In this document: positions 48,961 to 62,453 of the stretch, piece after piece
Numbering within the stretch: position 1 is the first letter of the stretch
Layout of the letters: each line of letters opens with the position of its first letter
NCBI RefSeq assembly: GCF_963506605.1
Contig: NC_083281.1
Coordinates: 57,164,001-57,228,000, forward strand
DNA: 64,000 bases
DNA from: Zootoca vivipara
Taxonomy: Eukaryota
Direction: 5' to 3'
The notes under the pieces: generated by a model
What the model saw: only the letters and a program-made list of their open reading frames with translations
Told to the model about the DNA's origin: nothing
Databases searched by the model: none
Translations under genes and position numbers: made by a program

Positions 48961-51368
48961 TTCTTCACCCTCCCCCCCAAAAAAATATCCACCTGCTTCT
49001 TCCACTCTTGTAATGAATGGCAGTCCCACGAGAGTCTCCTTCCCACTCCTTCTCTTGCTGCTCCTGCTCATGTCATTGGGGACAGAGAAGACTCTGTGGT
49101 GGCTTTTGCTTTCTTGGGATTAGAGAGGCAGGACTAGTGAGGGGGGGGCAGTCATTCTCAAACAGCTTCCAAAGCCAGTTTCTCTGGGCCACCTGTGTTG
49201 ACCCCCACCTCTGTGGCCATCAGCTGGAGCCTCCTTGGCTGCCCTTGGCTTTGGGAAGTCTCACTCCAGAATTCCTCCCCCACCCCCCACCCTGTGGGGC
49301 TGCGTGCAAAAACTGTGGGCCTGGAGCGTCTTAGTGCCAGCAATGACAACGGCTGCCCTTGCGGGGCAACTGGGGCTGGCCTTGACGTTTCATTATGTTG
49401 ATTTTTACTGGCATGAGGAGAAGTTGCAGACAAGGAGGAGAAAAAGGGAAAAGGAGGAGGAGGAGGGGAAGCAACCCATAAATTAAAAGAATAAGAGTAT
49501 GGGCCAACAAACAGCCCCCGCGTGCCACAAACAAAGTCATTCTGATAAATACATTTGCTTTGATTTACGCTACTGTGGTAATCCTCGGAGTCATCCATTT
49601 CTTTAGTTGGTTGTTTTGTTTGGTGATGAAGGACAAAATCAATGTTAGGGCTTTTCATTCTTTTAATAAGGAGACGAGAATTCCCTCCATGTGCTCTGCC
49701 AGTCTTGGGACTTGCCTTCAGAACCCATATAGATCTGCAGTCTTGCTGGGCATCCATTGGACAGCAGTCTTCCCTCCCTTCTTCTTCTTCTGGAGGAGGA
49801 TTTGCCTTGAAATTACTTTGGCTCATAAACCTGCTTTTCTACCACTAACCTCTTTGCGTCCTTCATGTTTCTGTAAACAGAGTCCACAATTACAGGTCTT
49901 TTGGTGATCTAATGCTTGGCCATGTTGTGTGTGTTTGTGGGCAACTTGTGATGGCAGAAAGCAAGGGAAGGTGCTGGATAATAAATATGTTTTCAGATGA
50001 CAACTTAGTAGGACCTCAGGGGCACAAATATTCACCTGCCCCTCACAGGATCATTTTTTAATTTTTTAAGAACTGCTTCTTACCCATATATGATTACCTT
50101 AAGCCCACGTTTCTAACCATCTCCCAGGAAGATTAAAAAACAACCACCCCTGTACTGTGCATTGTGAAGTCTGGCTTTATCTAGTGTTGCTTATATGGAC
50201 CAGGACCAACACAACACATCTTACAAAGGTGACAACCCTTGCTGTTCAGAGAAGTTGGGTGGTCCTGGCAAGAATGGTGTTTCCATTTCTTGCTCCTGCT
50301 TGGCAGAGAGACTCTGTAAGAGTTTGCTAGCACCCTTGTCCCTTGGGGCAGAAGGAGGCCACGGCATCCCCTCAAAGACCATGGCATCCCTCTGTGCCAC
50401 CAAGGCCACTTGACCCCATGCTTGTGAGGTGAGAACGCTTGGTTCAGAACCAGTTTTTCTGGGACTGCTGAAAGAGGCCTGCTCTGGCACTTCTCCCTGC
50501 CGTGGCCTTTAACCCAGGGAGATGAGTTTTCTCTTATTGCAAGAACAGCAGAGCATAAGCCTGCATAAAATCAAACAAATGTTGATGCTGGTGGCGCTGC
50601 TGCATTATAAAGAGCCAATCTTGAGCTGGGTAACTCTTGAGTAATGGGCCCGGCCTGTGATGTCAAATAAGTCCAAGCACCACATAAATAAGTCCAGTCA
50701 CGCCCCTCCCCCCTAGAGCTCCCACCCAAAGGTCACCCCACGTTGAACCTCTGCTTGCATCTCAAATTAAGAATGTGTTCAGAGTCAAGGTTAAAGGGAT
50801 GGGATCGTCTTTCAAAAGCCACATGTCACAGTCTCTGCAGAGATTGATAAAGAACATTCAAGATGGGCTATCAATTTTCACTGCTCCCCCCCCCCCCGCC
50901 GTGCCTCTCTTGTTATTGTTGTTGTTGTTGTTTAACCAAAATCTGCTTGAAGATTTTGCCCCTTTGGAATAAGTAAATGCTGCATAGCCCAGCCCAAGGT
51001 AAGAGGGTCTTTCCATACACTTGAGACTTAAAGGGGCTCTGGCTGGCCAAGATGCTGATTTGCATGACAAATGCTTCTTCTGCACCTCCTTTTCTGTATG
51101 AATCTAGTAGATCTTAAATACTCCCAGAGAGGCTCAAAGGCCAATTCAGCATCATGGGTGAAAAATGCCCTTGACGTATTTCTGCTGCCTTCTTTTCTTT
51201 GAAGGAAAAAGGGGAAAAGAAGGCCCAGCCTCAAGGGAATCAGTCCCAGAGCCTTGGCGGTGGCAGCAGCTTTTTAACCATCTTGTGCTTGTATGTTTTG
51301 TAAACCCCTTCGAAGCCTGCTGGGCACTGAGCGGTAAATAATAAAGATTAAAAAGCAAGCAAACTAGG

Positions 51369-51624
51369 GAAGAGGAGGAGGAGGAAGAGGAGGGGGAGTT
51401 TGGACTTGATATCCCGCCTTTTACTCCCTTTAAGGAGTCTCAAAGCAGCTAACAATCTCCTTTCCCTTCCTCCCCCACAACAAACACTCTGTGAGGTGAG
51501 TGAAGCTGAGAGACTTCAGAGAAGTGTGACTAGCCCAAGGTCACCCAGCAGCTACATGTGGAGGAGTGGGGAAGCGAACCCAGTTCACCAGATGACGAGT
51601 CCACCGCTCTTAACCACTACACCA
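51369..51624 (-). mobile_element. Ther1/MIR-derived tRNA SINE (Squam3-like), full length, (CCT/CTT)n tail
   Basis: Minus strand: A-box TGGTGTAGTGG, B-box-like GGTTCGCTTCC, core CTGGGTGACCTTGGGCTAGTCAC. Confidence 0.85.
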
Positions 51625-51787
51625 TGGGAGACCAGTGATGACGCCATGAATTGCGCCTTGTGGCAATACCTCGACAGAGACTTGGACCTGATGCAAGAAA
51701 TGTTTGTAGCCCAGGATATTCCAGTCATGTTTCTCCATAGCACCAATTGTTAGATGCATTTCTTAAATATCCTGAATGGGACAAAAG

Positions 51788-51956
51788 CACATGCAGCTGC
51801 TGGGTGACCTTGGGCTAGTCACACTTCTCTGAAGTCTCTCAGCCCCACTCACCTTACAGAGTGTTTGTTGTGGGGGAGGAAGGGAAAGGAGAATGTTAGC
51901 TGCTTTGAGACTCCTTCGGGTAGTGATAAAGCGGGATATCAAATCCAAATTCTTCT
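51788..51956 (+). mobile_element. 5'-truncated copy of the same SINE, inverted orientation
   Basis: Reverse complement of 51397-51561. Confidence 0.88.
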
Positions 51957-52109
51957 GCTCACCCACACAGCTTCTTGTGGCAGAGAGAGTGCAAGCAGAG
52001 TTTGGGCTCAGTAAGCCAGCCATTCTTTGGGGTGTAGCAGGTTGCCTGTTTGTGTGGCTCTGATGTAGCAGCCGTGGCCTTTCAATTGCCTGCCGGAGTG
52101 CTTGTGCCA

Positions 52110-52248
52110 TCCTTTGCCATCCTGGCACTCTCCAGATGTGATTGGATTACAGCTCCAAACAACCCCAGCATCATGTGGCCATGCAGATTGGGGATGATGG
52201 GAGTTGTAGTCCAGCAGTGTCTGGAGGGCCCCAAGTTGTTGAAAGCTG
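52110..52248. mobile_element. Older palindromic hAT-type MITE
   Basis: CTCCAGATG..GGATTACAGCTCC / GGGAGTTGTAGTCC..TCTGGAG inverted arms. Confidence 0.65.
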
Positions 52249-54503
52249 GCATAATCTCAGCCTCCACCTGTGGGCAACCTGCGTCCTTTGTATGTAATTA
52301 GGCCTCCAGGGACCTCCTCCCACAGGCAACTAAAGCCTGGTAGGGGCCCTGTGAATCTGTGGCATTTATTGAAGCTTTCTTTTTGGAAGTGGTCCAAGTT
52401 TAGATTTGTAGAATGCCTCTTGCAATTTGGAAATATTTATTTGGCATTGTTCCGTCTGTTTTCATTTCTAATTTCTACGGTGATCTTTTGCAGCTTTTTG
52501 GCATCCTTTGTATTGTTTCTTTTAAAAAAATACATTGGAATGTATATTTTAAAATGACTGCTGGGAATGCTGAGTTTAACCACTTGGGTGGAGGTTTTCA
52601 GACCATACAGTTCCAGCTGTCACCAAAAGAAGCTCTCAAACCTATTCTTACTTTATTCAAAACATTTATACCATGCTTCTAAAATGCAGGGACTCATACA
52701 GTGGGTTGCAAATATAAGGGCACATTTCCAACCATTTGCTCTTTCCAGATTCTGAAAGCCGACCATGGGCAGAACACCCACATAGGGTGCTTCCAGAAGG
52801 CCACTCTGTTCTGGTGGGATTCAATCACATACCAGCAAATTCAGGTTTCAAAATTAAAGTTTGTCTGGTGCTTTTGCACAATAAACCTGCTTCCACCCCC
52901 GCACCCCCATCAGGCTTTCTTGGAATGAGGAAAGTACTGGAAAACACACTAGAAAGTGTGGGATAGCGACTGTTTGACACAGCATTGTATAACCTCCCCA
53001 CAAACAAATCAGAAGAGATGCTTAATAAATAGCCAGTGATGTTGTCTAACCTCCCATGAACTTTGTGCAAAGATGCTGAGTCAACAGGTGGCCTGGAAGT
53101 GACTTGGGTTTTGTAGTTTTTGTGTCTGCCCTAAAGAAACCTGTTGGTGTGTGTGTGTGGTGTGTGTTCTGCATCCCATCTGACAGGGGAAGAGGGGCAA
53201 ATGCTAAGCTGGGTGTGATAACTAGGGCCCGGAATAGGAATCCCAGAAGAGGAAGAGCAGGAATACTGAGCTCCTTCTCAGCACTCTTCCTCCTGCCTCA
53301 CTCAGCCTCAGCCACCACTAAGGCTTTCCTGGTGTACGGGACTCCTGGGGCCGGTGACGTTTTGGGCTGGGTCCTGCTCGCTCCTCAGCCTCTGATTCTG
53401 CAGAAGTCGTGACATCTGTTTTGCCTTTGTTCGTGAGGCAAACAGGAGGCGGGGTGCTCTCCGTGGTCAAGGGCCAAAGTACATGTCATATTTCATTACC
53501 TTCAGTGGCTACTATAGGGAGGGCAGTGAGGGAAAGGGTTCATTAACTCTTTAGTAGCCAGCTGCTGCTCCCGACCCTTCCTTTTCTGAATCTGCTTGCC
53601 GCTGCGTGATTGAAGAACCGGGCCTCCCTTTCCAACCAGGCTTCGCCTTCTTAATGTCAAGGAGGCAGAAAGTTGCTCTCGCCTGCTTTTAAGGGAGCTG
53701 CTCAGAAACATCTGGAGCCTGTTAATGAAGGCGCTTATAGGAAACCCAAAAGGGAAAGTGTGCCTAGGTTTAAGAAAACTTTCCTTTTTAGATTTTGGCA
53801 GCTGTTTGCTTTGCTTTTCCTGCTATGTGTTATTGTTTGGTTGTGGGGCTTTCCCAAGCATTGCCTCCTCCACATGGACTTCTGCTTGATCATGGGGGCT
53901 TTGGCACCCAGTTCTTGCATGGGATCTGGGACTCTTTTCCTCCAGGAAGTGCATGTATTGTGGTGATTATTAGTGGGGAAATGTGCCTTCACATTCCCTC
54001 TTTAGCAGAACAACTAGTAGACTGAGCACTGCAGGGCGCTGCTCATGACATCATGTTGATGTGAAGGATGAACTGAAAACCTGACCCAGGCCAGGCATGA
54101 AGGCTTTCATTTTGTTCTAACCCGTGGAAATCCGGGGCTGGTTGTGGATGTCTTTTCTTAACATTTTATCAACAAACTTTGATAGTGGGCTAAAAACTGG
54201 GAAGACAAGCTTCAGCCTGGAGCAAAGTTTTATGGATGAATTATAAACCCCTAAATATGGGGGTCTGTAGTGGAAATGCTGACACAACCTTAACTCTGGC
54301 AGCCCGAGTGCCATGTGAGAATAAATGAGGCAGACCAGCAAAATGCTGCTTTTAATTTATCATTTAGCAGGAGGAAAAGGCTTGTTTACTTCATCTTCTT
54401 TTTCATCTTCTTCTCTGCTCCTAAGACTTTCAGCCATTATTTTGAAATGCATTTTATAATAAATCCACAGTGGTTGTGTTGCCTAGGGCTTTAGTGCTCT
54501 TTT

Positions 54504-54506
<3 letters not shown>

Positions 54507-54562
<56 letters not shown>
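54507..54562. repeat. (AG)n microsatellite
   Basis: Directly visible. Confidence 0.95.
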
Positions 54563-54566
<4 letters not shown>

Positions 54567-55893
54567 TTTAAGCTGTTCGTAAAGAACGGAAAGTAAACAT
54601 CTTCTGCTGACCGATTACTTGCAACTTTGCAATGTTTTTATTACAACTGGACTTTTGCAAGATTCCCCCACCCCAACTCTAAAATTCTTAACAAATGTGT
54701 CGTCCCAAATCCAGGTTTTTCCTGGTCGCATTAATGCAGAGGAGAATTTCTATCTGATTGTTCTCCTCTGCACTAAAACCCCTAACTTGTCCCCTAGCCC
54801 CACACCTGCAGTCTTCCTGCCTAATTCCACTCACAGTTTAAAATGCTTCCACTTCCACTTTGCTCTTTCCCACACCTTCTCACTTTCTGTGGCATGAAAA
54901 GATCATTCCTGCATTTGACTTGCAGGAAACATGCTCAGTTTGTGTAGGATGTAACTTTCAGGATGTCTGCAAGCCTCTGGGAAGTGGCCTTTGGCCTTCT
55001 GTACTATTGGGACATCAGGGCATGTAGTTGTGAAATGTGACTTCTTGTTTCTGTTTGTGCATCTTGTACTCACACCTAATAGTATCACCGGATGAAGTCC
55101 TCCTGTGAAGCCATGTTTTCAAAATACAGCCAGGCCTCAGAGGTTGCTCTGAGCCTCCCTTTTAGTTGGGAGAAAGTGTGGGGGACGGCATGCCTCTTGC
55201 TGTCAGGCTAAGCTTAAGGATCACCTGTGTGGTGCAGGCTGCAGAGCCATCTACTTCAACTTTTTATTGGAAAGATGATCACCTGGATCTTGAATCTAGC
55301 TACATCTTGAAAGATGATCACCTGGATCTGTTTGTGAGTGTCCAAGAACAAACAACAATCTCTCAGATATTTTGAAAACTCAGTCGCTCCTGCAAAACGG
55401 CCTCATAGGTGACCCTCCTTTTTCCTTTGGAGATGTAGCCATCCTATTTGGAAGCAATTAAGGGCCTGTCCACACTCCTGTTTGTCCTGCGCTTTCGTAG
55501 AATTTGCATCGGATCAGTAGCACTGGTCTGAAAGCTTTTCATTTAGATCCCAACACAGGAACATGAAAAACTGCTTTTTCCTGCCTGGGAATCATCACTG
55601 CCCTGAGAACAAGATGGAGGCATCTTTGTTTCAGCGGTGGAGGAAGCAGAGGCAAGAGAGGGTCTGCTTTGCATTAAGGCTGGCTGATGAAGCTTAAGCC
55701 TGCTCAGTCACTGGATGCTCTTGTGATGTGAAGCAGAGGGCTGGGCCCGGGGAAGCACAAATCTTCCTGACTTGTGCCTTCCAGTCAAGAGAAAGGGCTG
55801 CCTTTCTGGCTGCCTCTGCAGACAGCTGGCCCCCCACACCTTAAGAAGCAGAGAGGGGGCTTCAGGCAGGGATATAATAAGGGCCAGGAAAGA

Positions 55894-56025
55894 NNNNNNN
55901 NNNNNNNNNNNNNNNNNNNNNNNNNNNNNNNNNNNNNNNNNNNNNNNNNNNNNNNNNNNNNNNNNNNNNNNNNNNNNNNNNNNNNNNNNNNNNNNNNNNN
56001 NNNNNNNNNNNNNNNNNNNNNNNNN
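55894..56025. other. Assembly gap (132 N)
   Basis: Run of N. Confidence 1.
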
Positions 56026-56804
56026 AGCCCACATCCCAATCCCCCTGGTCTGAGCTTGAGAGCTGCACTTCAGCACTATCGGGATTCTGCTTCTAATTTC
56101 ACCCACCCACTTTTGGTCCAGTGCATCCCTTGAAATTAACATGACTGCATTATTATTTGTGTCTGGGTGTGAAACGCGTCTTGATAGGTTTTTCTTTTTC
56201 ACTTTTATTTCATTATTACTTCCTGCTGATCTATAGAATCGGAGGCTTAAAGGAGCTGGTGGTGGGAATAAGGATATTTCTGGGAAGAGGGACAAAGATT
56301 AAGAGACCTTATGAAAATGCCATGTCAAACATCAACCCCAAGAAGTGAAAAACCTTGATTTTTGAGACTGTAATCCTCCAGCGACATGTAAACCAGGGTA
56401 GTAAACCTGTAGCCCTCCAGATGTTGCTCTCATCATCCCTGATTATTGGCCAGGCTGGCTGGGGCTGATGGTCCAGGGCCATCTGAGAGGTACCATATTA
56501 GCTACCCTAGCATTGAATATCTGACTCTGTGTTGCCACATTCACTAGGCCTCTAGTTAATGGCCAGTTAAGGTGGGAATAGGGGCCCCGAGCTGACATCT
56601 AGCCATATTGTCTTGGCAGCTTCTACAGCACAGGTGGCTAATTGGTGACCTTCCAGATGTTGCTGAACAGCAGTGCTTCCAGTACAAATGACCAGCTTAA
56701 AATGTAGCTAGGTCATTTCCCCCCTCAATTTGGATAGTAGCTAGTTTGGAGGGAAGCACATCAAAATGCAGTATTTCACAAGAAACTACAGGATACATGT
56801 AGAC

Positions 56805-56940
56805 CAGGCATCCCCAAACTTCGGCCCTCCAGATGTTTTGGACTACAGTTCCCATCTTCCCCGACCACTGGTCCTGTTAGCTAGGGATCATGGGAGTTGT
56901 AGGCCAAAACATCTGGAGGGCTGCAGTTTGGGGATGCCTG
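56805..56940. mobile_element. hAT-type MITE, 136 bp, young copy
   Basis: Same TIRs as 6684-6819. Exact TSD ATGTAGAC (56797-56804, 56941-56948). Confidence 0.95.
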
Positions 56941-57123
56941 ATGTAGACTGTGGTCAATGTCATGTGCACACCATTCATTGTGTGGGGTGAGCAAATGATG
57001 AACCGGAAGATTTATAAACACCCCACAATATAAGCCAAGCTCTGTGTAAGCTTTGTACAACAATTCAGGATGGAGAAACAGGTTGCCTGGGGGGGACCTA
57101 CTGCTCCCTCCATCCATGACTAG

Positions 57124-57245
57124 AGGTTTGCCAACATGGACATGTTTTGGACTACATATCCCATCAGCCCCAGCATCATAGGACAGGGAGCCTGATGGGA
57201 GTTGTGGTCCTAAATATATGGAAGGCACCAAGTTGGCAAAGACTG
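57124..57245. mobile_element. Older palindromic hAT-type MITE
   Basis: TTTGCCAAC..GGACTACA..TCCCATCAG / CTGATGGGAG..TCC..GTTGGCAAA. Confidence 0.65.
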
Positions 57246-58260
57246 CCTTAGGAGAATTAGGCTGCTGAACTCTGATGCCTTTTCACAGGCACACATGTAC
57301 ATCCCATGTGAAAAGACACTCTCACCTGCCCTGCACATGTTGGCAGTCAGAGACACTCCAGATGTCAACAGGCACACAGGAATATTTGAAACAGGAATGG
57401 TGGACAACTTTGGTGTCCCTGCAGTCTTTGTCAGAGGACTCCTAAAAGTTCTCTTTTTGTTTCGCAGCATCAGTTTTATGGCCCTCTCTTGTCTGTTAAG
57501 TCAGGTCTGTAGGAATTTAAGTGCCAGGCACAAAACAAGAATTTAGTACATTTGGTTAGTTGGCTGAGGTGCTTTGAAATATAGGGCAGTATTTTTTCCA
57601 CACAGTAGGCTGCTATCAGGTGGATCGGATCCAAGAGAGCAGAAGCCAGGTCAAGGAATGGTCAACCTTTGCAAAACAGATGGGAGAGCAAAAGGAGGAG
57701 GGGGCTCTGATTAGAGGCCAGTTTGTCATGGGATCCCCCCCGCCCAGCCTGCCCCTGCCTTCACCTGCTATCATTATTACGTGGCATTTTTACGAGCTGC
57801 CTTTGAAGTCAGTTTCTCAGGACTAGTGCAAGCACTGCTCAGGCCATGGCTGCATACACAGGGCTCAGATGCAACAGGGATCAGGGCAGCCAGCTCTCTC
57901 CCCTGGACTGTGGGGACCAGGCAGGCAGGTAGGGGCAGGGCTTGTCACTCTGATCCCGCCCCCACCCATTCCACAGATGCTCACCATCATCCATGTACAA
58001 TCATCCTGTGAGCTCTTGAGGTTTGCCAACCTTGTCAGGCTGATAGGCACATTTGGATTTTTTAATGAATGTTGTAGGCCCCATTCCCTCTAGTCACTTC
58101 TCCTCCCCCACCCCTTCCTCCATATTTCCTCACTGCAGTTGGCTCCCTTCATTCTGGTTGGCACCTCTGCCCTTGTGGCTTCAACATATAGTCAAGGTCA
58201 GTAGCTGAGGAAAGGAGATGGTCCTCCAAGTTGAGTTTCCCTTCACCCCCTCTGGGTAAA

Positions 58261-58400
58261 TTGTAGAGTTGGAAGGGACCCTGAGGACCACCTGGTCCAA
58301 CCCCCTGCAATGCAGGAACATGCAGCTGTCCCATATGGGGATCGAACCTGCAACCTTGGCATTTTCACCACTACACTCTGACCATCTGAGCTATCCAGGC
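58261..58400 (-). mobile_element. Short SINE with a tRNA-derived head and CR1-like tail
   Basis: Minus strand: GCCTGGATAGCTCAGATGG..GGTTCGATCCCC, then CCTGCATTGCAGGGGGTTGGAC..CCCTTCCAACTCTAC. Confidence 0.85.
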
Positions 58401-60117
58401 TGACCGAAAGAAATTAAGTCAAAAGATCTGTCTCTCCACCCCAGGTAATAACAACAATGAAGCTGTAAAGCAATATGCACATTTTTAATGTTGTGGAGTG
58501 AGCCTTATGTGTAAAACAGACGTCTTGCTGCAACCAAATCAAATGCTCTTGTTCAGCTGGAGTTATTCTGAGGCACCTCCTAAGGTGGCATCTCTGACAG
58601 GGACCTGGAGGCAGCATGGAGCTGCATGCTCAAAGACACCTTTCAGGGGTGGAAATGAGTGTGAATGCAAAGGTGGGGTTCTGCTGCTGCTGCTGAAGAA
58701 GAAGAAGAAGAAGAAGCCTCAGCCATGGCAAATATTAAAAATATGTGACTCTGTGTAGACTTGCTGGTGGTGCAGTGGGTAGGTCATCCTTGGCATGCAT
58801 TGTTGTTTTAAGCAGCACATCTACTTGCTCCCAGAAAGGGAAAGCTCTTACCCTCAAGCAGGCTGTTCCATATAGAGAGGCAAGCCTTTCCTGCAAAATC
58901 AAATGCTCTAATGTATCATTTGAAATAGCTCCTTGCATGTACTGCAACTTTAATGCAATTGTAAAACCTACTTTGGCAAGGAAGTGCGTATGATTTAAAA
59001 ATGGCTCTGTGCCACTTTCTGTCCTGCAGCAGCGGCAGTGTTTACATTTTGGCTCTGCCCAGCAACTGGTATTCAGAGATACCAGCAGACTGCCTCCGAA
59101 CACAGAGTTTCCATACTCAAGAAGTCACCAAACTTTGCCATTCTTTGGGATGGTGAGTAGTGGGCCCTGAAAATTGCTTCAGGGCCTGGGGAAATCCCTC
59201 TTCATCATCATGATCCACACTGCACAAGTTGGGAGCTGAAGTCTGGTAATGTTTTGGAGCAATGTCAGGGTGGAAGGAGGCCCCCAGCCCAGCCATCAAC
59301 TTTGCTCCTGTGAGCTCTCCACTTTCCTTCAAACATCAGCAGCTCTAATCCAGCAACTGCTGCAGCCAGATTTCTTAGCTTGTTCATACTTACAAATTCA
59401 GGGGTGAAACTAGGCTTTATTTCACCCGGATCAAAGACCCAGTTTGGCACACACCCCACGCGTATTTGCATACAAACACAAAGAGGCTGGGAGCCTCAAT
59501 GGTGCCCCTCTGGAGGCTTCACCTAGGGCACAAAAACCTGGTTAGCCGCCAAAGCTATGGCACATGCATGGATCTGCCTTATTATTTCCAGTTTGGCACT
59601 TAGGATTCCTGGTTCTTCTGGAGTCATACTCATATATCTAAACAGAATTTGATGCCTCCCCACCCCCGCCACCCCACCATATCTCTCCCCAACATGGGTT
59701 TGCTGCTAGTTGACAGACAGGGAGCAGAGTGTAATTATGATTAGTAAGGCCACCGAGTGACGAAGAGTATTAAGCAAAGCACTTCAGGGATCAATGCAGG
59801 GCCTTCAGTTTATTATTTAACATTTTCATTAAGATCTTGGAGAAGGTGCAAATTCAAATGTGATTAATTTTGAGGTGAAGCCACGAAAGGGAGCCCCTGA
59901 GGGGATAAGAGCTGATGGCCATGACTGAAGAAAGCAGTGTGGTGGGTCGGATTCTTCTGCTCAGACTCATCCAAGCTCCTGCGCCAGGGCAGACCAGAGA
60001 TCCCAAGGGCAGTCACAGAGACATCTACATTCAAAACTCTTCCTCTGGGCAAAGGGGACCCCTGCTCTTGAGCACCTCCCATGCACTAGTAGTAGTTGCA
60101 GTAGAAGCAGTAATAAA

Positions 60118-60340
60118 ATTAATAATAATAATAATATATGCCATCCATCTGACTGTGTTTCCCCAGCCACTTTGGATGGCTTCCAACAAATTATAAAACT
60201 ACAATAAAACATCAAACATTAAAAACTTCCCTACACAGGGCTATCTTCAGATGTCTACTAAAAGTCAGATACTAGTTGTTTATTTCCATGACATCTGACA
60301 GGAAGATGTTCCACAGAGCGGGCACAACTACTGAGAAGTC
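60118..60340 (-). mobile_element. L2 3' fragment, same family as 10009-10417
   Basis: CTTCAGATGTCT..AAAAGTCAG..GTTGTTTATTTCC.TGACATCTG is shared with 10134-10185. Confidence 0.85.
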
Positions 60341-61549
60341 AGTACAGTATTTTATTTTATTTTATTTTGCTTTGTTATGTATTTGTTCAATTCGTTAACC
60401 TCCCCTCCTTGTTTAGGATCCCAGGGCGGTGTTCAAAAATATTGTCAATCAATTCAGCCCTAATACACCCATCACTTTAATGTGACCCAAAACCGGACCA
60501 AGCCATCGGCCCTCAAACAGCCTCTGCCTCTCCTGTAGGAGCGACTGAAGAGCTATGGATTGAGACGTCTCCAGAAACACACCAGTGAGGGTGACAACCA
60601 AACCTCCTGGCGTAGGGCATCCCATAGGCGGGGTGAAACCACTGGGAAATCCCTGCTTCACATCCCTGCACAACTGGCTTTTCCAGTTAATCAGACCATG
60701 AACCTCACCACCTCTGCCCCTCCCCTTCCAGCTGGTCTCAAAGCCTTGGCGGGCAGTTTGATGGCACCTGTGCAAGAGAACTTTCTGGAACATTGCTGCT
60801 TTCTTCTCACATTATAACCAGGGTATATTTTTGCTTTTTAAAAGGGCAACCAGGTAGTGACTCACTCAAAAAACAAAATAAAAAAATCATCCCTCCCCCT
60901 TTGCTTCTAATTGCCTGGGTATCAACCTGAACCATTTGATCAACATTCCTTCTAGTGGTGCAGCAATGAAATGCTAGAACTTCTGCAAAAGCAAAGCAGG
61001 GCCTGGTATGGTTTCCGGGACCTCTACATCTTATTCTGTAATGATGCCATCCTTAAAAGTCTGGCCTGTTAGGTTTGTTCACAGTGCTTGCATTCCACAG
61101 GTTTCATTTTAACATAGGGTAGAACTAGCGTGAACAAATATTCATACATCATATTCTACATTGAATTACAATCTGGTAACCTGTCAATTTATTGATATAA
61201 TTAAAGATGGATTAGTGGGGTGGATTATGTAATTTAAAAAAAGACCTTTGGGGCCTCCCTGGCTCGCTCCTCTCTCTCCAGGTTCTCAGCTCACTTTTTT
61301 ATTTTATTACAGGATTGTGCCTGTGAAGTCTGACTATACTTTGTGTCCCTTTGGCTTCCCCGACTATTTTCTTTCCAAAGAGCTCTTCCAAGGATGCTAC
61401 TGAATAGTTTCAAAGGCCCCAGAGAAAGCAAACATGCCCCATTTCACCAAAGGGCCTTGCAACATCCTTGTGCCGTAAATGTGCACAGTATTTCCCCTCT
61501 GTTACTCCAAGCAGCAGGCTTTTTTTTTTTTGGCTGGGATAAGGCATTG

Positions 61550-61745
61550 GTGGGCAGGGCCGGCTCTAGGGGTAGGCTGGGTGGCGCGGTGCGCCAGGGC
61601 GCTGGGTCAGCAGGGAGGCGCTGCACGGCAAAGCCGTGCGGAAACCACGCTGCGCCCGCCCACCAGCCGCGGGAAGAAACGGGGTGGGGTGGGGGCGCCG
61701 GAGCGACGGCGCCCGGGCACCCGACCCTCTTAAGACGGCCCTGTT
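61550..61745. promoter_or_regulatory. Small isolated CpG-rich patch (candidate alternative promoter/enhancer)
   Basis: Abrupt GC/CpG-dense ~190 bp in a depleted background, with a GC-box-like GCCCGCCC. Confidence 0.5.
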
Positions 61746-62453
61746 GGTGGGGAACCTACTGTGGCCTTCCAGATGTTGTTGGACTTCAACTCCCATCAGT
61801 CCCAGCCAGCATGGCCAACAGCCAAGGAAGGTGGGAGTTAGGGCATATCTAACAACAGGGCTAGGTATAGACTCTAACTGGGACTTCTGGAGTGCACATG
61901 GGGTAAATCTGCATCCTGCAACTGCAGTCCAATGAAAGACCTCAAGACATAGCAACTTAATCTGATTTTTAGGTAGTTTAAACATTATTATCATTGTACC
62001 TTGAACTTTATAAAGTCAGCTAATTGTGCTTCCCTGCTTTACAGATTTTAACTTGCAAATCTCCATGATGGACTTTAATGGAATTGCTCCAGTGTAAGTG
62101 ATTTTATGATTGCAGCTATTTTTATCCCCAAGCCGACACTGGTTATTGACATTTGTTTGTGTTTTCTTGATAAAGCAAAATAAATAAGGAACAGCAGCTT
62201 ACATAACACCTTCTCTTGTGCCGAATGCGCTGCGCTGAGCCTCCTGTTCTCCTTCTTGCTTTCCACATAATTCCTTCCCATTGAATAGCTGCTTGAGTCT
62301 TTCCCCAGATACATTAGCCTGCATTATCCAGCTTGTAGCTCATTTTATTGCCTGTCAATATTTCCAACTTCCCTGGGTTGCTTTGTATAATTTCTTTCCT
62401 CCTTGGTATTTCTAACACTTCTGAGTCCCCCCCCCCCTTCCTGCTTTCCACAG

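Noticed and set aside
49158-49826. 222-aa minus-strand ORF
   Set aside because: Low-complexity driven, no homology recognised.
58325-58400. tRNA gene
   Set aside because: Degenerate tRNA-like head fused to a CR1-like tail, so it is a SINE.
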